From a virus (lineage: Duplodnaviria > Caudoviricetes): 64,000 nucleotides of DNA. This document shows, piece after piece, positions 63,660-64,000 of this stretch. The position numbers were made by a program, and so were the translations under genes. The stretch covers positions 1 to 64,000 of IMG/VR virus record IMGVR_UViG_3300017780_003104. One strand, 5' to 3'. Under the pieces are notes generated by a model. It was not told the DNA's origin. It ran no database searches and worked only from the letters and a program-made list of their open reading frames with translations. Within the stretch, counting starts at the first letter, position 1. Each line of letters starts with the position of its first letter.

Positions 63660-64000
63660 ATGGCCGAGTCCCCATATTCAACAAAATTCGCATCCGGTGA
63701 GATTGATCACGATCACGATCCAAGAACTCAGATGAGAAATTGGAAAAAAGAAGAGAAAGAAACGCATTATGCACCTAATGTTTTACCATATGAAATGGCA
63801 AATTTGCCTGAATATTATGGAAATATGGTTGATAATGGTATTCAAGCGTGTAAAACCCTTGAAATTGCTTTAAAGAGTAAGGAATTTAAGAATAAAAAAC
63901 AACTTTTAAAACTTAAAGATAATACCGAGAAGATGGTTGTATATCTTTTACAAAATGTAGACTCTGTGTTGGAAAAACATACGATTGGATCGAGACATCT
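63660..64000 (+). CDS. Hypothetical late protein, truncated by window edge
   Basis: CTAAATA 5 nt before ATG 63660; open to end (MAESPYSTKFASGEID...). Confidence 0.65.
   Translation, partial: MAESPYSTKFASGEIDHDHDPRTQMRNWKKEEKETHYAPNVLPYEMANLPEYYGNMVDNGIQACKTLEIALKSKEFKNKKQLLKLKDNTEKMVVYLLQNVDSVLEKHTIGSRH

Noticed and set aside
1-64000. Stop-codon reassignment (TAG or TGA recoding)
   Set aside because: Core genes are full length in the standard code, and TAA, TGA and TAG all terminate genes (for example TAG at 17364 and 18483)
1-64000. tRNA/rRNA genes, introns, inteins
   Set aside because: No cloverleaf or T-loop context found in the short intergenic gaps; gp43, gp41, uvsX and gp46 have normal lengths with no insertion

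Overview
This window is part of an AT-rich, T4-like (myovirus, Tevenvirinae/Kyanoviridae-like) large phage genome. It uses the standard genetic code; I found no tRNA, rRNA, CRISPR array or integrase. The left part (1-40.6 kb) is mostly on the minus strand. It carries head and neck genes (gp23, gp22, gp67-like, gp21, gp4, gp13, gp20, gp15), fibre-like proteins next to a sulfotransferase and a glycosyltransferase, and an inverted late cassette (LRR_5 protein, CxxCxxCC protein, trypsin-like protease). It also carries a DinG/XPD-type helicase, a ~10.7 kb nucleotide-sugar/glycosyltransferase operon, phoH and a run of putative head-packaged proteins. A repeat-rich, AT-rich non-coding region at the strand switch (~39.95-40.38 kb) is a candidate origin. 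The right part (40.6-64 kb) is mostly on the plus strand and holds the replication/recombination module (uvsY, uvsW, gp55, gp47/46, gp43, uvsX, gp41, gp59-like, gp32, gp45, gp61). The strongest leads are: (1) 17 late-promoter boxes (N)TAAATA lie 5-7 nt before a start codon, implying a leaderless late translation programme; (2) an ArfA-like ribosome-rescue motif (VExxKKGKGSYxRK) sits inside the gp67-like prohead core protein; (3) a reconstructable pathway to a branched-chain 3,6-dideoxysugar (yersiniose-like); (4) a small late protein copies a 16-residue segment of the major capsid protein; (5) a DHH-family protein lacking its catalytic histidines sits directly after the helicase. All family assignments come from motif recognition by eye; no searches were run.
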